The position numbers were made by a program, and so were the translations under genes. Below the pieces are notes generated by a model. The model searched no databases. It had not been told where the DNA came from and was given only the letters and a program-made list of their open reading frames with translations. This document shows positions 36,496 to 45,571 of a stretch of DNA of 54,630 bases, one piece after another (the first letter of the stretch is position 1; every line of letters begins with the position of its first letter). Origin of the DNA: a virus (Duplodnaviria; Caudoviricetes); IMG/VR virus record IMGVR_UViG_3300028293_000001, positions 1 through 54,630 of that record; one strand, 5' to 3'.

Positions 36496-38094
36496 TTACC
36501 TCCTGCCGGTGAGCGGCCCACGGCCGCCCAGGATCGCCTTCGGCAGTCTTCCCAGGGGCCGGCGCATCGCCTGCTGCTGTGCGCGCTCAGCCCAGTCGAG
36601 GGCGTTCGTGATCTCTTTCGGTCCTGCGAACCACGCCATGATAACCGCGTCGCCCTTGTCCGTCGATCTACCTAGGCGCTCGGTCACGCTGTCCTTCGGC
36701 TCGACCTTGATGCCGTTCGGGGTCGCCTCGAAGGTTGACGCGGTCAGATCCGCCACCAGCTCGGGATCCTCCGGGAGCGCGATCGGCGATCCGCCTGGCT
36801 GGCCCGGGTCGAGCGCCTCGCGAAAGACCCAGTGCGCGGCGCTGCGCACGTTGGGGAAGCGCAGCTTCTTGTCGGAGCTGCGGCGCTCGGTGCCCTCGGC
36901 GCCCTTGTAGGCGTAGCATTCGATGTTGTTGTCCTTGCAGTGCTCGTAGGTCGCGCTGCCGTAGCCGCCTCCCATGTCGATCACCACGAGCGCGCTGTCG
37001 CGCCGGTAGCTGACGATCACTCCGCTGCAGTAGCTGCCGATGCGGTCGACCGGGATCTCCTTGCCCTCGACTACCACGAGTTCGGGGTACCAGCCGTCGT
37101 ATCGTGGTGCCAGGACCATTGGGTCATCTCCGCCACCGGAGCAGTCCACGCCGATCGCGCACATCGGCACATGCGGGGCTGGGCGCGTGCCCCAGCGTTC
37201 CTGGGCGAGGCGCACCCAGTCCGTGGGGATGGTCTGGTTCGGGACGTCCTTGAGGCTCGCGTCGAACCGGCCCTCGGCGTACGCCTCGCGCAAGCCCTTG
37301 GGCAATCCCGCCAGGCGACCCTCGTATCCGCTACCAGCGAGGTCAGGGTTCTCCTCGAGGCGCCCGCGGATGAAGGTGCGGCTCTTCGGGAGGATAGGTC
37401 GGCCGCGGTGATCCACGCCCCTCCAGTCAGCCTCCACCTCGGTGTCGACCCCGTCGATGCTCGTGTACCACCGGAGCTCGCCCGACTTCGCTGGGTTCGG
37501 GTGCTTCGGATCCAGCCATGGCGCCCAGCGCCTGAATACCCATAGGCCCGAGCCGGAGGTGGGCGGGTTCATCGTCGCGATGATGCGGCAGCGCTGGCCA
37601 GGCACGGCCGGGCGATTCCAGCCGATGATGAACGTGTACTGGCTCTCGATGAAGTCCTCGACCTGGTCGAAGACGATCAGATCGCGCGGGTCGCCCTTGT
37701 ACTTCTGCTTGTCGCCCTCGTGCTGGCAGCCCCCGAGGCGGATCCTGCGCGTGCCGTAGCGGAACGACCCGTAGCGATCGAACTCGGGTCGGGTCTTCAT
37801 GAACTTCTCGAACTCGTCGACCAGGCCCGCGACGTCGCTATTCTTGCGGCGCAGCAAGAGCGAGCGCTGGTGCTCGTTCAGCGCAAGGCCTACGGCGAGC
37901 GCGGTCTTACCCGGGCCCGCCTCGCCACCGCAGCCGATCTCGTCGGCCTCGGAGAAGTAGGTGTCGGTCTGGAAGCCTGGGTTGGGAAGCCAGGCGAGGT
38001 TCTTCGTGGCCTGCTTGGCGCTCCTCGTGATCTTCGAGCGCTCCCGCGCGCTCATGTGCGGGAGGCGTTCGATGATCTCCTCGAGGGCGCCCAC
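36496..38094 (-). CDS. terL: Terminase large subunit
   Basis: Walker A GGEAGPGKT, Walker B LIVFDQ, ATMNPP, nuclease IGVDCSGGGDD and RSTDKGDA. Confidence 0.9.
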   Translation of the reverse strand: MGALEEIIERLPHMSARERSKITRSAKQATKNLAWLPNPGFQTDTYFSEADEIGCGGEAGPGKTALAVGLALNEHQRSLLLRRKNSDVAGLVDEFEKFMKTRPEFDRYGSFRYGTRRIRLGGCQHEGDKQKYKGDPRDLIVFDQVEDFIESQYTFIIGWNRPAVPGQRCRIIATMNPPTSGSGLWVFRRWAPWLDPKHPNPAKSGELRWYTSIDGVDTEVEADWRGVDHRGRPILPKSRTFIRGRLEENPDLAGSGYEGRLAGLPKGLREAYAEGRFDASLKDVPNQTIPTDWVRLAQERWGTRPAPHVPMCAIGVDCSGGGDDPMVLAPRYDGWYPELVVVEGKEIPVDRIGSYCSGVIVSYRRDSALVVIDMGGGYGSATYEHCKDNNIECYAYKGAEGTERRSSDKKLRFPNVRSAAHWVFREALDPGQPGGSPIALPEDPELVADLTASTFEATPNGIKVEPKDSVTERLGRSTDKGDAVIMAWFAGPKEITNALDWAERAQQQAMRRPLGRLPKAILGGRGPLTGRR

Positions 38095-38095
38095 G

Positions 38096-39121
38096 TCAGC
38101 GGCGGCGCTTCGCCTTCGGTCGTTTCTTGCCCTTGCTCACGAACACCGGGATCGGGTCAGCTGGCGCTGCCAGGGCGCTATTCGCCGCGGCGATCGCTGC
38201 GTCCTTCTCAGCCTGCGACAGGACCGGTGGGACGAGCGCGAGCGGCGCCGGGATGCTCGACTGCTCGAAACGGTGGTACGCAGCCTCGAGCGGCACCGGG
38301 CGGCCGGCGACCATGGCCGCGCGCGAGATCGCATCCGACATCTTCAGGCCCGGGTCGAGGTCATCGGTCCAGGTCTGCAGGATGTAGTCGAGGTTGTCCA
38401 GCGCTCCCTTCACGAACTCGCCGTGCTGGGCGTGCTGCTGGGCTTGGCCCTGGTGCATCGCCAGACGTTGGGCGAGTTCGTTTCGGCGCATGAGCAGCTT
38501 CGCGTGCCGCGGGTGCACCTCGATCTGGCCGTAAGGCGTGGGCGGCTGCATAAGATCGCTCTCGAGCGGGAGGACGATCTGGATCCCCATGCTCGAGGCC
38601 AGGCCGATGAAGTGCTGGCAGGCAGGGCGCTGGAAGCCGTACTCCGAATGCGCCGCCATGTCGACACCCCACAGGCCGATCGCCCTGGGCCTCAACTTGA
38701 TCGCCAGGGCCAGCATGTAGGCCATGCTCGAGGTCCAGACGAAGGGCCCGAACTCGGCGCTCATCTCGTCGAACGGGTAGATCACCGCGCTAGGGATCGT
38801 GGGGACCTTCTCGGTCATGTAGACCGGGCCCTGGTGGCGCTCGAGGAAGCGCACGTACTCTGGGCTGAACCACGGCTTATTCGCCGGGTCGCGCGGGTCG
38901 CCAGGCGTGCTCGGCTCCCAGCGGTGCAGCTCGAAGTAGACGTCGGTGCGGCCGAACGGGATCTCGCCGTACGCACCAGGTGAGCAGCCCCAGATCGCCC
39001 AGCTCTTATCCCCGTAGGGCGCGAGCTTCACCGAGCTCGGGGCCGAGCCGATGATGGCGATCTTGTCGTAACCGTCCGGCCCCAGCTTGATCGTGGGGAC
39101 GTTGCCTTGTTGCTCCTGCAC
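38096..39121 (-). CDS. Sialyltransferase/Maf-fold protein, candidate transferase 2 (341 aa)
   Basis: GTG 39121 with GAGAGG RBS; KIAIIGSAPSS, WAIWG, YFELH, TSSMAYMLALAI, IGLWGVDM; paralogous to 48118..48996. Confidence 0.6.
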   Translation of the reverse strand: MQEQQGNVPTIKLGPDGYDKIAIIGSAPSSVKLAPYGDKSWAIWGCSPGAYGEIPFGRTDVYFELHRWEPSTPGDPRDPANKPWFSPEYVRFLERHQGPVYMTEKVPTIPSAVIYPFDEMSAEFGPFVWTSSMAYMLALAIKLRPRAIGLWGVDMAAHSEYGFQRPACQHFIGLASSMGIQIVLPLESDLMQPPTPYGQIEVHPRHAKLLMRRNELAQRLAMHQGQAQQHAQHGEFVKGALDNLDYILQTWTDDLDPGLKMSDAISRAAMVAGRPVPLEAAYHRFEQSSIPAPLALVPPVLSQAEKDAAIAAANSALAAPADPIPVFVSKGKKRPKAKRRR

Positions 39122-39177
39122 TTTCAACCTCTCTTTCTCATCTTGCGCGGTCGTCGCGCGGGTTGGGTGGCTCGGCG

Positions 39178-39660
39178 CTAGAACGTCGAGGTGAAGAAGT
39201 AGGCGCTCGAGCCGCCGCCGTTGCTCGAGGTGGGCCAGCCGGCGGTGAGCCAGTAGAGCACGCTCGTCAGCGCTGTCAGGCGCACGCTCGCACCCTGGGC
39301 CTGCAGGGTGATCTGGTTCGCCGAGCTGCCGGTAGTGGTGCCGATGTTCACGCCGGCGCCGCACTGGATCTGGTGGCCCAAGGTCGACGTGTTGGTCTGG
39401 GTGATCACCTTGTCGGTGCCCGGGACCGGGGCCTGGATCGTGTTGATGGCCGAGCTGGCGGTCGTGGTGGAAAGCTGCGAGTAGCCATGGCTCGCGAGCG
39501 AGCTGCCGCCGGTCGTGGTGATGAGCTCGACCAGCTTGCGGATGTCGGCGGCCCCGACGATGTACTCCTCGCCCACGGGACGGTAGTTGTCCAGGCCGAG
39601 GCGGCGGCCGTAGATGCCGGTCTTGATCTGGCTGCGGAGTTGCTCGAGTGACTGTGCCAC
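39178..39660 (-). CDS. Ser/Thr-rich putative virion protein (160 aa)
   Basis: AGGAGA RBS before GTG 39660; runs such as TTTGGSS, STTTASS, TTTGSS. Confidence 0.7.
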   Translation of the reverse strand: MAQSLEQLRSQIKTGIYGRRLGLDNYRPVGEEYIVGAADIRKLVELITTTGGSSLASHGYSQLSTTTASSAINTIQAPVPGTDKVITQTNTSTLGHQIQCGAGVNIGTTTGSSANQITLQAQGASVRLTALTSVLYWLTAGWPTSSNGGGSSAYFFTSTF

Positions 39661-39800
39661 GGTGGTTCTCCTGGTTCGGTTCTGCATCGCCCCTTTTCGG
39701 CCGCGGGGCGCGGCGGAGACACCCTCGCGGGTGCCCTGCTCTTACCTCCGACGTCGGCCGTTGCCGCGCATCGGGTTGCGATCTCGTTGTCGGTCGTGCC

Positions 39801-40139
39801 TCACTTGCCCCAGAAGCTGACGGTGACAAAGCCGCTCGTGGGGAAGGCGACCGAGTAGCCTGTGCTGTCGCCGGTGATTTGCCTCGTCACCGCGGTCGGA
39901 ACGAACTCGTTCCAGCCGCTCGAGAGCGTGGTGCCGCTCGAGTTGGTGGTGGGCACCTGCGCTCCGGTGCTCCTCCCGTTCAGGACGAAGGGGACATTGC
40001 CCGCCCAGGTCGCGATCTCCGCGCCTGCGGGGTAATCGAAGGCCACGATCGCGCCGGCGGTGGTGCCGATGATGGTGCCGATGGTGTCGGGGTTGACCGG
40101 GACCTGGTCGGTGGGATGCAGGGTGCCGTCGATTTTCAC
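39801..40139 (-). CDS. Ser/Thr-rich putative virion protein (112 aa)
   Basis: GAGG RBS; PTTNSSGTTLSSG. Confidence 0.7.
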   Translation of the reverse strand: MKIDGTLHPTDQVPVNPDTIGTIIGTTAGAIVAFDYPAGAEIATWAGNVPFVLNGRSTGAQVPTTNSSGTTLSSGWNEFVPTAVTRQITGDSTGYSVAFPTSGFVTVSFWGK

Positions 40140-40146
40140 GTTGGCC

Positions 40147-40329
40147 TCAGTAGTGCATCGCGGTGCGTTTCGGGGAGGTGCGCTTCGCGCGCCGCAGGCC
40201 CTTGGCGGTAGGCTTGTTGCCGCGCATCAAGCCGATCTTGTTCAGGGTGCCGTAGACCGCGCGGTTGTTCGAGCCGTATTCGGCCTTCAGCTTGCTCTCG
40301 ACCTTCGCAACTGCCGTTCCTGCTGGCAT
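40147..40329 (-). CDS. Small basic protein (60 aa)
   Basis: GGAGGGG RBS; first gene after a predicted promoter. Confidence 0.65.
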   Translation of the reverse strand: MPAGTAVAKVESKLKAEYGSNNRAVYGTLNKIGLMRGNKPTAKGLRRAKRTSPKRTAMHY

Positions 40330-40417
40330 GTCCCCTCCGATGTCGTCCCCGGGGCACTATCTGGCGAATGCCGCCCCGGGGGTTCTCTGGCGTCAGGCTG
40401 GTCGCAAGAATGGCCGC

Positions 40418-40451
40418 AGTGTAGGCGCTTCCGTGGCGCTGCACAAGAGCC
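40418..40451 (-). promoter_or_regulatory. Putative late promoter
   Basis: GGCTC-TTGTGC-17-TACACT; shares its extended -35 with 33139-33172. Confidence 0.65.
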
Positions 40452-41011
40452 TACTTCGCGGCCTTGACCTTCATGCGGCCGGCGAGCTCGAGCGTGAAGG
40501 CGATGCGGCGCGCCGAGCTCACCAGATCCTCCTCGTCCTCTTCGATCTCCGAGGGCGGCGGCGGGATCTCGGCCTCCGGCCTGAAGAGGCCTTTGTGCTT
40601 GAACAGGCGCTCGAGGCTCGCGTTCTTGTCGAGCACCTTGTAGCGGTAGGTCACGATCGTCTTCTTGCCGCGCTTCTCGACCACCCGCTCGATCCCGCCC
40701 ACAGCGGCGGCGGTGTCGTCATCCAGCTCCTGGGGCTTCTTCATCCGCCCATCGGCGTGGAACAGGCGCCGGGGGTCGAGAAAGGCAAGGCGGGTGGTTT
40801 CGCGCAGGATCCGCTGTACGTCGATCCGAGCGGCTCGCGCGGCCTCTGCCTCAAGTTCGTCGACTAGCTGGCGGACCTTAGCATTCGTGAGCAACCTGGA
40901 CCCGTTGACCGCTGCTGCCTGGTCGGTGTTGCAGTTCGGGTAGACAGCCTTGTAGGCGCGAGTCGCGTTGTGGTCCTTGGCGTACTCGCGAGCAAAGGCC
41001 CTGTACCGCAA
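40451..41011 (-). CDS. terS: Terminase small subunit
   Basis: FAREYAKDHNATRAY...AAVNGSRLL.NAKV, AFLDPRRLF, DK..SLERLFKH.GLF; exact start uncertain. Confidence 0.88.
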   Translation of the reverse strand: MRYRAFAREYAKDHNATRAYKAVYPNCNTDQAAAVNGSRLLTNAKVRQLVDELEAEAARAARIDVQRILRETTRLAFLDPRRLFHADGRMKKPQELDDDTAAAVGGIERVVEKRGKKTIVTYRYKVLDKNASLERLFKHKGLFRPEAEIPPPPSEIEEDEEDLVSSARRIAFTLELAGRMKVKAAK

Positions 41012-41043
41012 CAGGGCCTTGCTGATCGAGAGGCCGCGGCGCT

Positions 41044-42798
41044 TCAGAAAGCGCCCAGCCCTTGAGCCGGGCTGCCTGGCTGCAGGTGGAAGTCACCGCC
41101 GGCGCGGTTGACGAAGAGCGGGTCGATCGAGATCCCGGTGGGGTCGACCGAGGGCTTCGCAGCTCCGAACCAGTCGTTGCCAGCCGCGGTGAAGCCCACC
41201 GGAAAGCCGGTCGTCGAAAACTTCACGTCGGCGATGATGTTCTTCGTGAAGCTGACCGTCCCGATGATGTCCGGCTTGATCGAGCCTGAGTCCGGGATGC
41301 CGTCCAGGCCGCAGTCGGCGAACGTGTTGTTCGTGACCACCGCCTGGACCTTGCTCGAGGCGAAGCGCAGACAGCTGCCCGACTGGCCGGCATCGGTGCT
41401 CGGGCCCTGCAGCGCAGGGTTGCCCGTGCGCGAGACCACGTTCCGCTCCACGCGCGCGCCCGGGCCTGAGTTGCTCGACAGGATGATGCCGTCCAGGTGC
41501 ACGTTCCTGATCACGTTGTCGTGGATCCAGATGTTGGTCATCGAGCGCGTATCGGTGTCGCAGTAGAACTGGACCCCACGGCCGCCCGTCTGGTTGTTGA
41601 TCGTGTTCCAGCCGACCTCGTTGTCGTTCACCGTGGCCGCGCGGCAGTCCCCGTAGATCGCGTGGTAGAGCTTCGAGCCGCCGTTGTCGTGCAGGTTGTT
41701 GCCGAAGATGCGGATCCGCGTGCCGCTGAACTCGACCGCGGCTGCGCCGCCTGAGTCCTCGAAGTAGTTCTTGACCTCGTTCGCCACCACGCGCACATCG
41801 TCGTTGCCTTGCTCGGGCGCGATCGACAGGCCGTGCCCCTTGGCGTCGATGCTGAAGCCCGCGATGACAACGTGGCCGGTCGTCGAGAACATGTGGATGC
41901 CGCGGGACTGCGACGTGTACACGAAATTGCACGCCTCCCCCGGGTAGCACAGGAACGCCATGGGAGCGGCTGCGGTGCCGCTCTTGTGGTGGATCGAGAA
42001 GAACGAGCCGTATTGCGCATAGACGTCGCTCCAGGTCCCACCGCGAACGACCAGATGGTCGCCTGGTGTAAAGTCCGAGCGCTCGAAGGTCTGGGTGATG
42101 AGGCGGCAGGGCTTGGTGATGTCGTTCGGCGCGCAGGTCGCGTCGTTGCCGCCGAGGGCGACAAACCAGACCTTGCCCGGAACCACCGTGAAGGTCGCAT
42201 TGCTCGCCGTGCCAGCGACTGCGATCGTGCCGCTCGATACCCCTGGGCCTGGCTGAACGGTGATCCTGGTGTCCGACCATTGCTTGTAGGCGGCCACCGG
42301 CGAGCCGCCGATCGTAACGACCGAGGCACCCTGGGTGGCACCGAATCCCGCGCCGTAGAGCGTGATGTAGGCCCCGTTGTTGCCCTCGCCACCATTGTTC
42401 GGCCCGGTCACGACGTCGGTGTAGGAGATCGAGCCCCTCACTGCCGGCACAGGGCTGGGTGTCGGGTCTGGCGTCGGGGTTGGGACTGGATCCGGTGTCG
42501 GCGTTGGAGTGGGGGTCGGCACCGGGACCGGATCCGGGACGGTGACTGCCACGCATGGGGCCAAGCGCAGGGAGGGCGGCGCACTTCCCTTCAAGGCGTG
42601 CCACTCGGCCTTGCCTACGACCGACTGGGTGAGGGCTTCGCACGGATCGCCCACGTTCGCCCGGCCGCCATCGGGCTGGGTGGTGCGCTGCGTGGCGGCC
42701 TTGTTGCTCGGGTTGGGCGCGACCTGCCAGACGGTAGCGCCGTGGGCTGCAGCGGCTAGGAAGAGCGCAAGCGCGGCGGAGAGGCGGAGGGATTTCAT
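41044..42798 (-). CDS. Secreted protein: signal peptide, Pro/Thr linker, IPT/TIG-like domain, right-handed beta-helix
   Basis: AAGGAGA RBS; MKSLRLSAALALFLAAAAHG; (PT)n linker; ITLYG.GFG...WSDT.I; repeated I..N.I..N strands; DPLFVN...DFHLQ.GSP. Confidence 0.78.
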   Translation of the reverse strand: MKSLRLSAALALFLAAAAHGATVWQVAPNPSNKAATQRTTQPDGGRANVGDPCEALTQSVVGKAEWHALKGSAPPSLRLAPCVAVTVPDPVPVPTPTPTPTPDPVPTPTPDPTPSPVPAVRGSISYTDVVTGPNNGGEGNNGAYITLYGAGFGATQGASVVTIGGSPVAAYKQWSDTRITVQPGPGVSSGTIAVAGTASNATFTVVPGKVWFVALGGNDATCAPNDITKPCRLITQTFERSDFTPGDHLVVRGGTWSDVYAQYGSFFSIHHKSGTAAAPMAFLCYPGEACNFVYTSQSRGIHMFSTTGHVVIAGFSIDAKGHGLSIAPEQGNDDVRVVANEVKNYFEDSGGAAAVEFSGTRIRIFGNNLHDNGGSKLYHAIYGDCRAATVNDNEVGWNTINNQTGGRGVQFYCDTDTRSMTNIWIHDNVIRNVHLDGIILSSNSGPGARVERNVVSRTGNPALQGPSTDAGQSGSCLRFASSKVQAVVTNNTFADCGLDGIPDSGSIKPDIIGTVSFTKNIIADVKFSTTGFPVGFTAAGNDWFGAAKPSVDPTGISIDPLFVNRAGGDFHLQPGSPAQGLGAF

Positions 42799-43847
42799 GT
42801 TTCTCCTTTTCGTGGAATGGGCCCGCGCACCAATTCCCAGGTGAGCGGCTCGCCGGCGATAACGTCGCGGCACACCTTCATGCCGAGCAGTTGCTGCCGG
42901 TACTTCGGCGCCAGGCCATCTCCAGGTCGTAGCGCGCGCACATTATGCGCCGTGAGCTCGTCGCCCGCCTTCATGTCGTAGGCCACGTGCAGCGTACGGC
43001 GCAATTCGAGCATCGGCCGCTCGTCTTTCGTCGGCCCGAATGACTCGTTCCCGACCGCGTCGATCGCGTCCTTGATGGAGGAGATCATCGCGGCCATGAA
43101 TTGCGGGTTCAAAGAGAAGCCAACGTCGGGCGAGGCGAATTGTCCGTTGTCGCCTAGGCCGAGGTGCTTCTCGATCATGTCGGCGCCGAGGAGCGCCGCG
43201 GCGATCGCGGCTGCCGCGCCCTGGGTGTGATCGGATAGGCCCACCCGGCAGTGGAAGTGCTCGCGCAGGTTGTGCATGGTGATGAGGTTCGCCTCGCGCG
43301 GATCGGCTGGGTAAGCGCTCGTGCACCGCAGCAAGGTCAGCTTTCGTCCCGAGCACCCTCCGAGAGCGGCGGCTTCGACAGCGTCGGTGATCTCCTCGAG
43401 CGTGGCCATCCCGGTCGAGATCACCAACTCTTTGCCGGTCTCGGCAGCGTAGCGGATCAGGTCGAGATCGAGGATCTCGAAGGAGGCGATCTTGTACATC
43501 CGGCAGCCCAGGCGCTCGAGGAAGTCGACGGCCTCGCGGTCGTAGGGCGTGCTGAACGGCAGGATGCGCAGTTCGTGGGCGAGAGCGAAGATCGACGCGG
43601 TCCAGCTCCACGGCATCTCGGCGCGCTTGTAGAGGTCGAGCAGGCGCTCCTCTCCCCAGGGACCTCCGGCCGTGCGCGTGCAGTTGCGGTGCACCATGGT
43701 GTCGGCCTGGTAGGTCTGCAACTTGATGGCCTGGCAGCCGGAGGCGGCGGCAGCGCGCACGATCGCCAGCGCCCGGTCAGGGTCCTGGAGGTGGTTCGCG
43801 CCCATCTCTGCCACGATGAGCGGGTAGCTTTCGTAGACGAATTTCAT
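42795..43847 (-). CDS. pseI: Pseudaminic acid synthase (NeuB family with SAF domain)
   Basis: IVAEMGANH, AIKLQTY..DT, FSTPYD, YKIASFE, ISTGMA, CTSAYP, GLSDHT, IEKH, RRTL...RPGDG. Confidence 0.88.
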   Translation of the reverse strand: MKFVYESYPLIVAEMGANHLQDPDRALAIVRAAAASGCQAIKLQTYQADTMVHRNCTRTAGGPWGEERLLDLYKRAEMPWSWTASIFALAHELRILPFSTPYDREAVDFLERLGCRMYKIASFEILDLDLIRYAAETGKELVISTGMATLEEITDAVEAAALGGCSGRKLTLLRCTSAYPADPREANLITMHNLREHFHCRVGLSDHTQGAAAAIAAALLGADMIEKHLGLGDNGQFASPDVGFSLNPQFMAAMISSIKDAIDAVGNESFGPTKDERPMLELRRTLHVAYDMKAGDELTAHNVRALRPGDGLAPKYRQQLLGMKVCRDVIAGEPLTWELVRGPIPRKGET

Positions 43848-44362
43848 GTGCGCCCCCAGAGTTCGAGCGCCTGGGCGATCGACTCCATCGTGCCAGCCGA
43901 GAAGTCCCCGGTCGCGCCGGCGCGCCGCAGCGCGGCGATGTAGTCGGGGATGTTGCGCTTTTGCACCTGGACCTGCCGGTTGAGCTCGCCCTTCTTGAAC
44001 TCGCCCTCGTCGCTCTCGATCGGTTTGATGGCGTTCCGCGTGCCCTTCTCCACCACGCTCACGATCACGAAGGGCCGCGGCGGCTCGGCTGGCCTGGCGG
44101 GTACGGCGCGGCGGTTTCCCTGGGCGGGGATGGCCTCGGTTGCAGGGCGCCCTTGCGGCCGGTCGACCAGGATCTGCGGGGTCACCTTCAGGTAATCCAG
44201 GCAGGCGTCGTAGGCCAGGATGTCTTCCTCGCGCACCAGCAGCGTCATCTCCTCCTTCTCGTGGCGGATCTTCCATAGCGCGAGCTGCAGGACCCGGTCG
44301 CGGTCGCCCTTGGCGAACGTGTCCAGGGCATCAAGCGGTGGGGGGTTCTTCGATTTGGCCAT
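43844..44362 (-). CDS. Hypothetical protein (172 aa)
   Basis: GAGGAG RBS; lies within the sugar cluster. Confidence 0.7.
   Translation of the reverse strand: MAKSKNPPPLDALDTFAKGDRDRVLQLALWKIRHEKEEMTLLVREEDILAYDACLDYLKVTPQILVDRPQGRPATEAIPAQGNRRAVPARPAEPPRPFVIVSVVEKGTRNAIKPIESDEGEFKKGELNRQVQVQKRNIPDYIAALRRAGATGDFSAGTMESIAQALELWGRT
44080..44135. repeat. 56-bp exact direct repeat, copy 1
   Basis: Identical to 48874-48929 on a base-by-base comparison. Confidence 0.95.
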
Positions 44363-44819
44363 TGGCTGCTCCTCTTTCTGGCAGTTGGTAGGTGTGTTGG
44401 ATGAGCTCCGCCCCAAGGCGCTTGAATAGCGCGATCGAGGCCACGTTCTCCGGGTTGATGTTGGCGACGAACCTGTTGGGCACGATACCGGCCTTGCCCG
44501 GGAGCGGGTCGTGGCAGGAGATCAGCCAGCGCAGGGCTTCCAGGCCCCAGCCCTCGCCGCGGTGCGCCCTGCAGATCTGGATCCCGACCTCGTTCCTGAC
44601 GGTCAGGTACATCACCCCGATCCACTTCGTCCCGAGCGCGAGCACATAGCGGACCCGGTAGGGGTTGTCCTCGTCGATGTACCGGATATGCTCCACCATC
44701 GTCGGCATGCGCTCGTGGCTGATGTTGACGTAGTCCTCGCGCTCCTCGAGCAGCTTCCAGAGGAACTCGTGGCGGCCGTCCAGGTTCCGGGTGATCGGGA
44801 TGAAGCGTAGCGGATCCAT
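44331..44819 (-). CDS. GNAT N-acetyltransferase (PseH-like)
   Basis: EVGIQI...HRGEGWG..AL, ANINPENVASIALF.RLG; context in the pse cluster. Confidence 0.8.
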   Translation of the reverse strand: MDPLRFIPITRNLDGRHEFLWKLLEEREDYVNISHERMPTMVEHIRYIDEDNPYRVRYVLALGTKWIGVMYLTVRNEVGIQICRAHRGEGWGLEALRWLISCHDPLPGKAGIVPNRFVANINPENVASIALFKRLGAELIQHTYQLPERGAANGQIEEPPTA

Positions 44820-45568
44820 CAGTGCACCACCCTCGTTTCGATGCCGTGCTCCTTCAGGTAGAGCGCGGCGCCCGCCGGGGTCTGATCGGTGAACTGGAAC
44901 ATGGCGCCCGCGGCGACCGCGTCGGCCCCCGCCTGGAGGGCCTCGAGCATGTGCTGGTAGGTGCCGGCCCCGCCATGGGCGATGACCGGCACGCCAATCC
45001 GCGGCGCCACCAGGCTGATGAGCTGCAGGTCGTAGCCTTTCATGGTGCCCTCGCGCTCGACCGCGGTGAGCAGGATCTCCCCCGCCCCCAACATCGAGTA
45101 CATGTCGGCCACCTCGACCGCGCTCAAGCCGATCGCCATCTCGTTGCAGAACCCTCGGGCCCGGCCATCGACGTCCACATCCAGCGCAGCGACAATCGCC
45201 TGGCGCCCGAACTGGTCCGCGCAGCGTTTGAGCAGGACGGGGTTCCGGTAGGCCTCGGCCCCGATCACGACCTTGTCGGCGCCGGCGCGCAGCAGGTCCT
45301 TCACGTCCTGGGTGGTGCTTACGCCCCCTCCGACCGCAAGCGGCACGTGGGTATCGCCCGCGAGTTCGCTCACCAGTTCGAGGTCCGGGCTTCGGCCCTC
45401 CGGGGTCGCGCCGATATCGAGGAGGCAGATCTCGTCGACCCCGCGCATGGCGTGGATCTTGACGGCCTGCGCAGCGTTACCGACCACCCGCCAGGCGTCG
45501 AAGCGTTCACCTTTCACGAGCTGGCGCCCGCGGCACAGGATCGTGGGGATGATGCGCTTGCTGAGCAC
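44819..45568 (-). CDS. HisF-like cyclase-fold partner of the sugar amidotransferase (WbuZ/HisF2-type)
   Basis: KRIIP, LVKG..F, GVDEI.LLDI, PLAVGGG, GAGEILLT.V.REGT..GYD. Confidence 0.88.
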   Translation of the reverse strand: MLSKRIIPTILCRGRQLVKGERFDAWRVVGNAAQAVKIHAMRGVDEICLLDIGATPEGRSPDLELVSELAGDTHVPLAVGGGVSTTQDVKDLLRAGADKVVIGAEAYRNPVLLKRCADQFGRQAIVAALDVDVDGRARGFCNEMAIGLSAVEVADMYSMLGAGEILLTAVEREGTMKGYDLQLISLVAPRIGVPVIAHGGAGTYQHMLEALQAGADAVAAGAMFQFTDQTPAGAALYLKEHGIETRVVH

Positions 45569-45571
45569 GAT

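Noticed and set aside
11615-38983. Many long plus-strand ORFs opposite the late genes
   Set aside because: These are antisense shadows typical of high-GC coding DNA, with no RBS or motifs and overlapping well-supported genes.
38096-39829. 577-aa ORF as one protein
   Set aside because: The N-terminal ~235 aa is an out-of-frame shadow of 39178..39660. A GTG with an RBS at 39121 gives the plausible start.
42450-42545. Short tandem repeats resembling an array
   Set aside because: They encode the Pro/Thr linker of the secreted protein and have no repeat-spacer structure, so they are not CRISPR. The Pro/Ala repeats near 34060-34180 are likewise coding.
44819-45568. hisF as a histidine-biosynthesis auxiliary gene
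   Set aside because: It is adjacent to an N-acetyl sugar amidotransferase and no other his genes are present, which fits the glycan-amidation paralog.
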